Source: Candidatus Cloacimonadota bacterium
Lineage (GTDB): Bacteria; Cloacimonadota; Cloacimonadia; JGIOTU-2
Assembly: GCA_049903315.1 (NCBI GenBank)
Contig: JBNGBT010000009.1
Span: forward strand, 51,924 to 115,923
Direction: 5' to 3'
DNA: 64,000 nucleotides
Part shown: piece by piece, positions 17,991-28,056 of the stretch
How positions within the stretch are numbered: the first letter of the stretch is position 1
How the letters are laid out: each line of letters opens with the position of its first letter
Translations under genes and position numbers: made by a program
The notes under the pieces: model-generated
Seen by the model: only the letters and a program-made list of their open reading frames with translations
Database searches by the model: none
What the model was told of the DNA's origin: nothing

Positions 17991-18383
17991 TCAATTTATT
18001 TTTTCTAAAATTACTACTGCAATTGCAGATTCTTTCGTGTGAGAAAGCGACACATGGACATTATCGATACCTGCATTTTGACAAATCTCCTTCGCAGAGT
18101 TCTGCATGCGAAGTTCCGGCTTGCCAAGTTCATTATTGACAACCTCGACATCCTTCCATTTCAAACCACCCCGTAAACCGGAACCAAGTGCTTTCAGGAA
18201 TGCTTCTTTCGCAGCGAATCGTGCCGCAAAACACTGTGCCTGTATGCCGAGATTTTCGGCTCTGGTGCAATAGATTATCTCGCTCTTTGTGAAGAGCATA
18301 TCTATGAACTTTTCACCATGGGAAGCCAACTCTTTTTTGATCCGTTCAACTTCTACAAGGTCTGTGCCAATGCCAAATATCAT
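17991..18383 (-). CDS. acpS: Holo-ACP synthase
   Basis: GIGTDLVEVERI, AARFAAKEAFLKALG, GKP and VSLSH. Confidence 0.95.
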   Translation of the reverse strand: MIFGIGTDLVEVERIKKELASHGEKFIDMLFTKSEIIYCTRAENLGIQAQCFAARFAAKEAFLKALGSGLRGGLKWKDVEVVNNELGKPELRMQNSAKEICQNAGIDNVHVSLSHTKESAIAVVILEKIN

Positions 18384-18386
18384 AGT

Positions 18387-19937
18387 CTACTCTTTTTTTT
18401 CTGCTGGTTTCTCTGTCAACATTAATTCGCGCTTTTTTAAGGCATTTTGTACAACCAGATATTCACTCCAGGGAACTTCCTGAGTGCCGTAACACATTGT
18501 TGTTTCGTGAGCTTTCCCACATGTAATAACCGTGTCTCCATCCTGTGCAGAAAGTATCGCTTTTTCTATTGCTTTTTTGCGATCCGGTCTCTTAAAAAAA
18601 TCAATTCCTTCTCTTCTTCCTTCCTGCATGCAGCCAGCAGCGATCTCTTTTATGATCGCATCGGGTGATTCCGTACGTGGGTCTTCTGCAGTGATGTAAA
18701 TCTTGTCTGCGAGCTGCCCTGCGACAATGCCCATTTCTCTCCGCTTTTGTACATCACGAAGTCCGGCACTTCCAAAAACGACATGTATTTGACCTTTTGT
18801 GAATGTCCTAGCCGCTCGAAGGGCTTGCTCAAGCGCATTTGCCGTATGTGCAAAATCAATGATCACATTAAAATTTCCCAGCGTATGTGGGATAAGTTCC
18901 ATCCTGCCTTTTATGCGCTTTAATGAATCAATTGCCGAGATGATCTTCTCTTTGGGAATATTTTGAGAATATGCAACTGCAATTGCTGCGAGAATATTAT
19001 AGACGTTATACTCTCCGAGAAGGTGGCTTGTAATTTTTAGCTTTTCTTTGGGTGTATGAACCGTAAATTTCAGCAATCCCTCTTTTTGAAAGATATCATC
19101 AGCCCAGAAATCTGCGTTATTACTCAACCCAAAAGAAAAATGCTGACCTGCATCATATTTGCTAAAAGTGCCGTAGATTGGATCATCATAATTGAGCACA
19201 CTTATTTTAGGGATATCTTCCTTATTATTAGATAAAGAAAGAAGCTCGAATAAATGAGCTTTTGCGCTGATGTACTCCTCCCGGGATTTATGGAAATCGA
19301 GATGTTCAGAAGTAATATTCGTGAGTACTGCAAAATCATATTCGCATGCTTCCACACGATACTGTGCGAGCCCGTGTGATGAGGTTTCTATTACTGCATA
19401 TTCTGTTCCGGCTTCAATCATTTCTGCCAGATATTTCTGGATTGATACTGCGTCGGGTGTTGTGGTATGAAATCCTGTTTGGAATACTGTATCTCCGATT
19501 ATAGCATTTATCGAAGTTATCAAACCTGTTTTGTGTCCCGCTTCGTTCAGAATATGATGTATCAGCGTCGAAGTTGTTGTCTTTCCATCCGTGCCGGTCA
19601 CACCAATGATCCCGAGCTTTCTTGCTGGAAATCCGTAAAATGCTGCGGCAAGATGAGATATTGCGTCTCTTGTATTTTTTGTTTTTATGAAAGGTATAAT
19701 CTTATCATTGGGAGAATACGCTTCGTCTTCAAACAGAACTGCTGCTGCTCCTTTTTCAATTGCTTTATGTATATAATTATGCCCGTCGGCATCAACTCCT
19801 TTGATGGCCACAAACAGGTTGCCCATCTCAAGATTTCGCGTGTCAAAAGAAATGCCGGATATATTAATTTCGTGGATGGATTTTTTGCCCAATAAAACAT
19901 AATCTTTCAGATTTTCAAGGAGTTTTTGTAACGTCAT
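18387..19937 (-). CDS. murE: UDP-MurNAc-L-Ala-D-Glu--diamino acid ligase (MurE) with a non-DNPR motif
   Basis: GVTGTDGKTT, TTP, ETSSHG, TNITSEHLDFH, GRME, DFAHT, FGSAGLRD, AEDPR and GKAHE. Confidence 0.9.
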   Translation of the reverse strand: MTLQKLLENLKDYVLLGKKSIHEINISGISFDTRNLEMGNLFVAIKGVDADGHNYIHKAIEKGAAAVLFEDEAYSPNDKIIPFIKTKNTRDAISHLAAAFYGFPARKLGIIGVTGTDGKTTTSTLIHHILNEAGHKTGLITSINAIIGDTVFQTGFHTTTPDAVSIQKYLAEMIEAGTEYAVIETSSHGLAQYRVEACEYDFAVLTNITSEHLDFHKSREEYISAKAHLFELLSLSNNKEDIPKISVLNYDDPIYGTFSKYDAGQHFSFGLSNNADFWADDIFQKEGLLKFTVHTPKEKLKITSHLLGEYNVYNILAAIAVAYSQNIPKEKIISAIDSLKRIKGRMELIPHTLGNFNVIIDFAHTANALEQALRAARTFTKGQIHVVFGSAGLRDVQKRREMGIVAGQLADKIYITAEDPRTESPDAIIKEIAAGCMQEGRREGIDFFKRPDRKKAIEKAILSAQDGDTVITCGKAHETTMCYGTQEVPWSEYLVVQNALKKRELMLTEKPAEKKE

Positions 19938-21019
19938 TACTCTTCCAAAGAATCAGAGATCTTGCCCTTTTTAATGAGGCTGCGGAGCGATACATAGGTT
20001 TTTATTCCGCCGTTCATAAGCTTGTACCAGAATGGCTTGAATACATGATCCTGCATGCCGATGAATTTCCTGAACTCACCACCGAATCCCTTTTTGAAGC
20101 GATACACGCCAAAGAGCGGATGTCCCTCGTGGGGATGAGCAGGCACACCCCAGAGGTCATATATTTTATATCCCTGCTTCTGAGCCCACTGTATCACATG
20201 CCAGTGCAGCGCCTGGTTCGGCATGACATTTCGATATTCATTCGAGGATGCGCCGTACATGTACCAAATTTTTTGTCCAAATGCAAAGATATACACCCCA
20301 GCAACAGGAACGTTCTTATAATATGCCATAAATAATCGCACCATCCCTTTGTCTGCCATTTGCTCGATTACTCGTTTATAGTACTCAAAATTATGTATGA
20401 TGAATGCATCGCGCCTTGCAGTGGTTTCATAAATATCATAAAATTTCTGTGCGCCTTCCAGCGAAGTTTCTTCTCTTACTTCTACTCCTTTTTTCATCGA
20501 AAGCCGGATATTGTACCGTGTTTTTGATTCGCATCCTGCAAGAATATCCTCGGCTGATTTCGTGAGATCAAGAAAGTATGTTGCTCTTGGTTGTATCTGC
20601 TTTTTTACAAAATGAAAATTATGCTCTTGCAAAATACTGAGTGCCGTTTCATTATCTTCATCAATTTCAGGATCGATTTTCAGAACAATTGCATTATATT
20701 GTTTGGCAATCTGGGAAATTTTATCCATCAGTGCAGAGAAATGTTCGCGTTTTGTAACATCGATAACCGGGCCTCGCGGTGCATAGAACAGGCATTTTCC
20801 TATATATGGAATTTTCCGTTTTTGTATAGATATACCGCCTACTATTTTGCGGTCCTCGAAAACGGCAATTCTGATCGGCACCCAGCCGGAAATTCTCTTT
20901 ATCTCTCCCCATTCATAGGATTGGATGATCGGACATTCCGGCGTGGAAGCCACGAAGGTATTCCATGCGGAAAATTCTTCTTCGGTCTCTAAAATCTTGC
21001 ATTCAATATTTACATTCAT
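19937..21019 (-). CDS. FemABX/MurM family tRNA-dependent peptidoglycan bridge aminoacyltransferase
   Basis: QSYEWGEIK...W, YAPRGP, LKIDP, IQPRAT, KTRYNIR, YMYGAS, YDLWG and GVYRFKKGFGG. Confidence 0.9.
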   Translation of the reverse strand: MNVNIECKILETEEEFSAWNTFVASTPECPIIQSYEWGEIKRISGWVPIRIAVFEDRKIVGGISIQKRKIPYIGKCLFYAPRGPVIDVTKREHFSALMDKISQIAKQYNAIVLKIDPEIDEDNETALSILQEHNFHFVKKQIQPRATYFLDLTKSAEDILAGCESKTRYNIRLSMKKGVEVREETSLEGAQKFYDIYETTARRDAFIIHNFEYYKRVIEQMADKGMVRLFMAYYKNVPVAGVYIFAFGQKIWYMYGASSNEYRNVMPNQALHWHVIQWAQKQGYKIYDLWGVPAHPHEGHPLFGVYRFKKGFGGEFRKFIGMQDHVFKPFWYKLMNGGIKTYVSLRSLIKKGKISDSLEE

Positions 21020-21173
21020 AGATACTCAACGAACTTTTTCGTTCAGATGTGAGAATCTTTACATATCGAATCTGTCAACTTTTTCCTTCTCCGCTATGCA
21101 TTTCGTAAAAATTGACAGCCCTCACCGCTCATCCAAAAAGAACCCAATCATAATGAAAAGGAGTTCATTAATT

Positions 21174-21875
21174 ATGAAAATCATTCGATTGTTACTGATC
21201 GGTCTCATCTTAACCGTTCTGCTTTCCTGCGGCGGATTCCTTTTTGCACAGGATAATACACAACCAGAAGAGGAGATCATGAAAGACCCGATAGTAAAAA
21301 TGCACACGAATTATGGTGACATCACACTCAAACTTTATAACGACACACCTCAGCATAGAGATAATTTTCTTAAACTCGTTGAAGAATGCTTCTATGACAG
21401 CACACTTTTCCATAGAGTTATTGCCGGCTTTATGATACAGGCAGGTGATCCAGACTCAAAAGGTGCGATGCCCAAAAAACAGCTTGGCGTCGGTGGTCCG
21501 GGTTATACAGTAGCGGCAGAATTCCGTAAAGACCTAATCCACAAAAAGGGCGCACTTGCTGCAGCGAGGCAAGGTGACCAGGTCAATCCGCAGAAACGCT
21601 CTTCCGGGTCACAGTTCTATATCGTTGTAGGACGTCCCTGGACAGCAGACGAAATGATAATGGTCCAGGAAAGATTAGGTTTTAAATATACTGACGAGCA
21701 GAAAGAAATCTATGAAACTCTCGGTGGCTACCCCTTCCTTGATAGAGAATATACTGTATTTGGAGAAGTAATCGAAGGACTGGATGTTGTTGATGCGATA
21801 TCGGTTGTTGACACAAATCCTGCTGACAGACCACTTCAGGATGTGGTTATTGAAAGCATCGAAATTGTGGAATAA
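21174..21875 (+). CDS. Exported cyclophilin-type peptidyl-prolyl cis-trans isomerase
   Basis: FHRVIAGFMIQAGDP, HKKGALAAAR, SGSQFYIV, LDREYTVFGEV; ATG 21174 follows AAGGAG; signal peptide. Confidence 0.9.
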   Translation: MKIIRLLLIGLILTVLLSCGGFLFAQDNTQPEEEIMKDPIVKMHTNYGDITLKLYNDTPQHRDNFLKLVEECFYDSTLFHRVIAGFMIQAGDPDSKGAMPKKQLGVGGPGYTVAAEFRKDLIHKKGALAAARQGDQVNPQKRSSGSQFYIVVGRPWTADEMIMVQERLGFKYTDEQKEIYETLGGYPFLDREYTVFGEVIEGLDVVDAISVVDTNPADRPLQDVVIESIEIVE

Positions 21876-22002
21876 GTGTCTCGATTTTTCCCTTGGGAAA
21901 GCCCATGCTGTAGTATTTTTTATCATAAATTTCAGTGCAAAGATTGACATAGAAAATCATGGTTTTGTTTTTGATATATAAATTTACCGGAGGTGATACT
22001 TA

Positions 22003-22203
22003 GTGACCAAAGTGGTAGTTGGTAAAGACGAGAGCTTTGAAGGTGCTTTTCGCCGCTTCAACCGAAAGGTTCAGCGCTCGGGCGTTCTTTCTGATATCAA
22101 AAAGAACCGTTATTACGAAAAGCCCAGCGATAAACATCGAAGAGAACTCAAGGCGACTTTACGTAAACTTAAACGAAATAGTTTCAGATATCGTTCGCGC
22201 TAA
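22003..22203 (+). CDS. rpsU: 30S ribosomal protein S21
   Basis: GGAGGT RBS and GTG start; ESFEGAFRRFNRKV...YYEKPS. Confidence 0.95.
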   Translation: MTKVVVGKDESFEGAFRRFNRKVQRSGVLSDIKKNRYYEKPSDKHRRELKATLRKLKRNSFRYRSR

Positions 22204-22232
22204 TGTGTATCGATAATTTTACGTAAACCTCA

Positions 22233-22802
22233 ATGGATATTATTAATATCATTACCCTCGGAATCATTCTTGTTTTCGGGGGTTTTGGTTTTATATCAGG
22301 ATTCATCAAAGGAAGCGCTCGGCTCATTGGGTGGATCGTTGCCCTGATCATTGCAATCCGGCTGGGTCCTGCATTTTCAGTATTCTTCCAGAATACTTTT
22401 CATTTTTCGGTAAAAACATCTCACATACTGGGTGGTGTTGTTATTTTTCTTATTGTGATGGTTATCATTGCCTTTATTGTAAAAATTTTGAAGCGGCTGG
22501 CTCAGGCACTTCATTTGAGCTTCCTGGACAAATTACTCGGGCTTATTCTGGGCTGCTTCCAGGCAATGATCGTGATCTTTCTGCTTTCTCTTTTCATACA
22601 AATACTCCCACTGAAGGGAAAAGCACAAACAGTCATAACAAACGCAACTTTTGTGGAATGGAGCAACGAGAAGATCGCACGAATTCTTGAAGCGACCAAG
22701 CTTGATTCTCAAATTCGAAATAACTCCTATTATCAGGAACTTCTTAAATTACAATATAAGCTTCAGAAGGAAGTAACGGACACCGTTTCACCCCTTTCAT
22801 GA
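22233..22802 (+). CDS. cvpA: CvpA (colicin V production) family membrane protein
   Basis: GFISGFIK, four TM helices, LDKLLGLILG; directly upstream of mutS2. Confidence 0.85.
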   Translation: MDIINIITLGIILVFGGFGFISGFIKGSARLIGWIVALIIAIRLGPAFSVFFQNTFHFSVKTSHILGGVVIFLIVMVIIAFIVKILKRLAQALHLSFLDKLLGLILGCFQAMIVIFLLSLFIQILPLKGKAQTVITNATFVEWSNEKIARILEATKLDSQIRNNSYYQELLKLQYKLQKEVTDTVSPLS

Positions 22803-25168
22803 AAAACGCTTTTGAAGAACTGGAATTCAATAAAGTAAAAGCGTTGATTTCCTCACATTGCATGTCTCCACTTGGAGAACGGATTGTGGAAAATCTCGCA
22901 CCGCTTCGAGAAAAAAAACTCGTAGAAAAACACCTATCCAAGCTGCAGGACGTCTTCAATTACCTCGAACAAAGCCATCATTTTGCGCTTTCCGGTCTTG
23001 AAGACACAGAAATGCTGTTTGACTATTTTAGCAAATACGAGCAGTTCAATATCGACCAGCTCCTCATGTTTGGAAGCAATATCCGTATTGCAAACACTCT
23101 TAAAAAAGACAGAGATATTTTACCTGAGAATTTTCCCGAACTGCACGCAATTACATCTGCACTTATCGAGATGAAGGAGCTGGAAAATAGGTTTGATAAA
23201 ATCTTCGATGCAGGAGGTGAGATCAAAGATACAGCAAGCCCGATGTTATCTTCAATCCGAAAAAATAAGCTGAAGGCAAGAAAGCGCATTTATACCGAAC
23301 TTGAAAGCATTCTTGAGAAAAAAGATTACGAAAATGTTATTCAGGAAAAAGTTGTGACCTTCCGGGATGAGCGCTATGTGATACCCGTCCGAGAAGGTGG
23401 TGTTACGCAGATGAAGGGCATCGTGCACGGACGCTCAAAAACCGGCGCTTCCTTTTATGTGGAGCCCCTCTCTGTTATGGAACTCAACAATTCTCTGAAC
23501 ACACTCTCCGAAGAAGAAAAACAGGAAATTCACAGAATACTTACCGAGCTTTATAACCAGTTAAGAGACAATAAAGATGGGCTTTGGCAAAATCTTGGCA
23601 TTCTTCAAATAATCGATTTCCTAAATGCCTGCGCTCTCTATAGCAGAAGCATTGGTGCGCACATGCCGACCATTATAGATGACACGTGCCTGAGCTTGAA
23701 AAATGCCAGGCATCCCCTTCTTTTCACCAGCATAAAAGAGCCCAAAAACATCATCCCTTTCTCTCTGCATATTGGAGATGAATTCAGAGGGATCGTCATT
23801 TCCGGTGTGAATACCGGCGGGAAAACCGTCACGCTGAAAGCAACCGGACTTCTTACTATGATGGCTCTTTCAGGTTTGATGATCCCGGTCGAAGAGTCTG
23901 AGATAGGAATGTTCACTTCATTTTTTACTGATATCAATGACGAACAGTCGATCGAGGACTCGATCAGCACGTTTTCCTCTCATATTAAGAAACTCAATGC
24001 AATTTTTGATGGCGCAGATGAATCTTCCCTCATCCTTATTGATGAACTTGGTACTGGCACTGATCCGGAAGAAGGCGCTGCGTTTGCACAATCCGTCATG
24101 GAAGCACTGATTGCAAAAAAATCAAAGGTGATCATTACCACACATTTGAATAAACTGAAAATATTTGCATCTGAACACCCCCTTTGCGAAAATGCTTCGA
24201 TGCGGTTTGATCAGGAAAAGCTGCAACCCACCTATCTGCTCGATCTCGGTTTTCCGGGCAACAGCTATGCGCTCGATATTGCAAAAGAGTATCATTCTCC
24301 CGAATATATTGTATCGAGAGCGCGAGAACTTATTGATCAGAAAAGTCTGCAATTGAGTGAGCTTCTGAAAAAAACCGAGCAGCAGAGGATCCATCTTTCG
24401 CAAAAACTATACGAGTTCGATTTGAAGAATAAGCTTCTCGAACAGCAATTGGAATCTCTCAATAAAAAAGAGCAAAATTGGAAGCAGATCGAAAAAGACC
24501 GAACGCAGAAAGCGCTTAAGGATTCTGAGGAATATCTCTCACAATTACAACGGGAGTTCGATCGCGATATTGATGAACTGAAAAAACAATTCCGGGCAGA
24601 AAAAATTATAGATCATGATAAAGTACATGACGTTAAAAACAGAATCTCAAAAGAAAGAATTTCGATTGAAAAAAAGCAGGATGAGCTCTCCGATGTCGAA
24701 TTCGTTCCGATAAAAGAAATTTCTGTCGGCAAAGAGATTTATATCAAGCCGCTCAAGCTGGTTGGGAAAGTGCATTCTGTTGAGAAAAATACTGCTCATG
24801 TTCTTGCCGAGGGGCTTACCTACAACGTCAAGAAGTCCGACCTGTATGAAGTTCCCAAAGGTAAGGAGTCACACGATCATAAGGAAGATTCGGACATCTC
24901 CATTCATGCGGATATCGACCACGATTTTGCATTTGAGCTCAACCTTATGGGCTTGACTTTTGATGAAGCCCGTTTTGAATTAGATAAGTATCTTGACAAA
25001 GCGATACTGCTGAATTATCCAAAAGTAAGGATCTTGCACGGAAAGGGCTCCGGTCAGCTCAGGCGAAAGATCTGGGAGCATTTAAAGCATGACCGGCGCA
25101 TTAAAGAATTTGGCTCAGCTCCACTCCAGGAAGGCGGAGACGGAGTGACTGTGGTGTTTCTGAGGTAA
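22799..25168 (+). CDS. mutS2: MutS2 ATPase with coiled coil, KOW-like and Smr domains
   Basis: LEFNKV, HGRSKTGAS, ARHPLL, SGVNTGGKT, STFSSH, DELGTGTDP, TTH and ILHGKGSG...GGDGVT. Confidence 0.95.
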   Translation: MKNAFEELEFNKVKALISSHCMSPLGERIVENLAPLREKKLVEKHLSKLQDVFNYLEQSHHFALSGLEDTEMLFDYFSKYEQFNIDQLLMFGSNIRIANTLKKDRDILPENFPELHAITSALIEMKELENRFDKIFDAGGEIKDTASPMLSSIRKNKLKARKRIYTELESILEKKDYENVIQEKVVTFRDERYVIPVREGGVTQMKGIVHGRSKTGASFYVEPLSVMELNNSLNTLSEEEKQEIHRILTELYNQLRDNKDGLWQNLGILQIIDFLNACALYSRSIGAHMPTIIDDTCLSLKNARHPLLFTSIKEPKNIIPFSLHIGDEFRGIVISGVNTGGKTVTLKATGLLTMMALSGLMIPVEESEIGMFTSFFTDINDEQSIEDSISTFSSHIKKLNAIFDGADESSLILIDELGTGTDPEEGAAFAQSVMEALIAKKSKVIITTHLNKLKIFASEHPLCENASMRFDQEKLQPTYLLDLGFPGNSYALDIAKEYHSPEYIVSRARELIDQKSLQLSELLKKTEQQRIHLSQKLYEFDLKNKLLEQQLESLNKKEQNWKQIEKDRTQKALKDSEEYLSQLQREFDRDIDELKKQFRAEKIIDHDKVHDVKNRISKERISIEKKQDELSDVEFVPIKEISVGKEIYIKPLKLVGKVHSVEKNTAHVLAEGLTYNVKKSDLYEVPKGKESHDHKEDSDISIHADIDHDFAFELNLMGLTFDEARFELDKYLDKAILLNYPKVRILHGKGSGQLRRKIWEHLKHDRRIKEFGSAPLQEGGDGVTVVFLR

Positions 25169-25199
25169 CATTACTTATGATGGAGAAACGGAGGATCAT

Positions 25200-26189
25200 A
25201 TGAAAAATATACTCTTAATTATTACGTTATTATGCCTCTTATTTGCTTGTTCCGAAACCCCCTATGAACCCGAATGGGTAGACGCCATCTTTATTATGGA
25301 TGACGATGGCAGCAATGTAACATATCTAGCTGATGGGAATCCGGGTAGTATACAATTTGCCCCCGATGATTTAAAATTAATTATTAATAGGGGTGCAAGT
25401 GGGATTTGGTCCATGAATACTGATGGTACTGAGTATAAAGCAATAATAGATACTATAAGCGGAGGTTCTTCATTACCTTCCATTTATACGGATTCATTAG
25501 GTTGTACCAAAATTGCTTTTGCGTCAGGTGATATTTATACTATAAATCTCGATGGCACAAATTTACAGAATCTTACAAATACACCTGATGTAAGAGACAG
25601 ATATCCTCACTTCTCTCCTGACGGAGATTCTATTGTTTATACCACAGATTCTGATACCTTAATTACTATCTCTATAATTGATAAAAATGGCGAATCTTCG
25701 AGGATACTTATCAGCAACACCCCCTCAACTAAGCTTGCTCAGGTTTATTATTATCCTCGCTATAATAGAACCGGTGATAAAATCTATTATAAATTTCTTG
25801 GTGAATTAAAAGGTTTGTATTCTATTAATACCGATGGGACAGATAACTCTCTTCTTTTTGATGGCCATCTGGCAACAGATTTTCTTTCTATGCCGGATGA
25901 TGGGAGTAAACTTATTTTTTCGTGTAATTCTCATATCTATATATTGAATACTGTTGATTCTGAAATTATGGATTTAGGTTATGGTGGTTCACCAATGATT
26001 TCTTCTAATGGCGAAAAAATATTATTTAATGGTGTTAAAATAATGAATAATGATGGGTCGGGGCTTACAAAACTTGAATACGGTTGGGATCCTCGTTTCT
26101 CTCGCAACAAATATAATGGTCATTACAAAGTAGTCTATATCGGTGAAAGGCAAATTATCAAAGATTCAAACAAAGGAATCGTAAATTAA
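25200..26189 (+). CDS. Lipoprotein with TolB-like/PD40 beta-propeller repeats
   Basis: Lipobox LFAC; repeated IYTINLDGT, PHFSPDG and SINTDGT motifs. Confidence 0.8.
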   Translation: MKNILLIITLLCLLFACSETPYEPEWVDAIFIMDDDGSNVTYLADGNPGSIQFAPDDLKLIINRGASGIWSMNTDGTEYKAIIDTISGGSSLPSIYTDSLGCTKIAFASGDIYTINLDGTNLQNLTNTPDVRDRYPHFSPDGDSIVYTTDSDTLITISIIDKNGESSRILISNTPSTKLAQVYYYPRYNRTGDKIYYKFLGELKGLYSINTDGTDNSLLFDGHLATDFLSMPDDGSKLIFSCNSHIYILNTVDSEIMDLGYGGSPMISSNGEKILFNGVKIMNNDGSGLTKLEYGWDPRFSRNKYNGHYKVVYIGERQIIKDSNKGIVN

Positions 26190-26270
26190 TATTTCCGTTT
26201 TAGGGATCAATTCCTTCTTCTGCTATCATATTAAACTTGCATAAAAATAATCCTTCATTCAATTGAAGTC

Positions 26271-28031
26271 ATGCGATACGACCAAACACTTCTCGAAGAT
26301 ATACGCTCTGCAAACAGCATTGTAGATGTGGTCGGGGAATATGTGCCGCTGAAAAGAAGCGGTGCGAATTATACAGCGCCCTGCCCTTTCCATAATGAGA
26401 CAAAACCTTCATTTATGGTCTCGCCCCGCCTGCAGATTTTCAAATGCTTCGGGTGTGGAAAAGGCGGAAACGTCTTCAGCTTTCTCATGGAATATGAAAA
26501 GATCACTTTTAACGAGGCGGTTAAAAAACTCGCTGACAGAGTCGGAATAAAGCTCCCTGCATATAAGGAACAGTCCAAAGAAGACAAGAGTTTATACAAC
26601 TCCCTTTATGGCATTTATGAATCAGCCCTGCGGTATTATCAAAATAATCTTACCACAAAAGATAATGATGGGCTTGCGTATCTGAAAGCAAGAAACGTCT
26701 CGGAAGATGACATCAAAACTTTTCGGCTTGGTCTGGCTCTAAAAACACAAGCCGGGCTTCATGGACACCTGGCAAAAAAAGGATTTTCAAAAAATGCACT
26801 TGCCAAATGCGGATTGTTTACAAGCTCGAATGGCGGTCTTCGTGATAAATTTTTTGAGAGGATCATGTTTCCTGTGTATAGTTCGGACGGTAAGGTAATT
26901 GCGTTTGGAAGCCGAATATATAAAGAAGGTGATGACCGCGGTGCAAAATACCTGAACTCACCCGAAACCCCGATCTATCAAAAGAGAAAGCATCTCTATG
27001 GACTGTACCAGACAAAAGATTCGATCATCAAGAATGATTCTGCTATTTTAGTTGAGGGCAACATTGATCTGATTGCGCTCTGGCACTATGGGTTTACAAA
27101 CGTTGTTGCAAGTTTGGGGACAGCGCTTACAGAAGAACAGGTCAAACTCCTTTCCCGATATACTAAAAATATTTACATCCTTTATGACAGCGACAGTGCG
27201 GGAAAAGAAGCTGCTGCGCGCGCTGTTAATACATTCATAACTCAGTCTATTTTTCCAAAACTCATCACCCTTCCTTCCAACACTGACCCGGATGATTTCC
27301 TCGAAGAACATGGTGCAGGTGCGCTTCGTGATTACATCGATGATGCAAAGACATTCTACGGATTTATATATGAAATAAGAAATGCCGGGAAAAATCTTGA
27401 TTCTAAAAAAAGAGCGCTGTCCGAAGTTATCTCCTTCCTCGATCAAATTGTAAGCCCTGTGCAAAAAGAGCTTTATGTGCAGGAATGTGCTAATCTGTTC
27501 GGGGTAAGTGAAACGAACATCTTCCGTGCATTGCAGGCGCTTCAGAAGAAATCATGGAAGCCCAGAGATCCGCTTAACCTGCATGTGGACCCTTATCATG
27601 AAGAAAAAGATATTATCCAACTCATCCTTTCTCATCCAGAACAGTGTGCAGATTATTTTGATGATATAGAGGTTGATTATTTTACTCATCCCCTCATCAG
27701 AAAGCTTTTTAAGCTTTTCAAGACCAACGAAAATCCCGATATCCTTGCCGAGAAAGGTGCCCCTTTGTTGGACTATTTTGATCCAAAAGATGCTGATTTT
27801 ATTTCTGACCTTCTCTTCAATGAATTGCCTTTTTCCAGAAATGATTTTGAAAAAATGCTCCTCGGTTTGCAATTAAGAAAGTTAAATGTTGACTTAAATA
27901 TGCTTAATGAATATATTATAAAACATCCGGATAATGAAGATAAAATTCAAGAAAAGAAAGCTATTAAGCAAAAAATAAATCAATTAAAGAAGGACTTTAA
28001 AGGTGGTACTGTAAAGAAACTTTTAAGCTAA
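26271..28031 (+). CDS. dnaG: DNA primase
   Basis: CPFH...FKCFGCG Zn finger, RIMFP, KYLNSPET, VEG..D, YDSDSAG and DPDD. Confidence 0.97.
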   Translation: MRYDQTLLEDIRSANSIVDVVGEYVPLKRSGANYTAPCPFHNETKPSFMVSPRLQIFKCFGCGKGGNVFSFLMEYEKITFNEAVKKLADRVGIKLPAYKEQSKEDKSLYNSLYGIYESALRYYQNNLTTKDNDGLAYLKARNVSEDDIKTFRLGLALKTQAGLHGHLAKKGFSKNALAKCGLFTSSNGGLRDKFFERIMFPVYSSDGKVIAFGSRIYKEGDDRGAKYLNSPETPIYQKRKHLYGLYQTKDSIIKNDSAILVEGNIDLIALWHYGFTNVVASLGTALTEEQVKLLSRYTKNIYILYDSDSAGKEAAARAVNTFITQSIFPKLITLPSNTDPDDFLEEHGAGALRDYIDDAKTFYGFIYEIRNAGKNLDSKKRALSEVISFLDQIVSPVQKELYVQECANLFGVSETNIFRALQALQKKSWKPRDPLNLHVDPYHEEKDIIQLILSHPEQCADYFDDIEVDYFTHPLIRKLFKLFKTNENPDILAEKGAPLLDYFDPKDADFISDLLFNELPFSRNDFEKMLLGLQLRKLNVDLNMLNEYIIKHPDNEDKIQEKKAIKQKINQLKKDFKGGTVKKLLS

Positions 28032-28056
28032 GTTTTAGTGTGTGCCCGGAGACTTT

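Noticed and set aside
20925..21173. N-terminal extension of the cyclophilin ORF
   Set aside because: It overlaps femX on the opposite strand and the divergent promoters; the RBS and signal peptide support ATG 21174.
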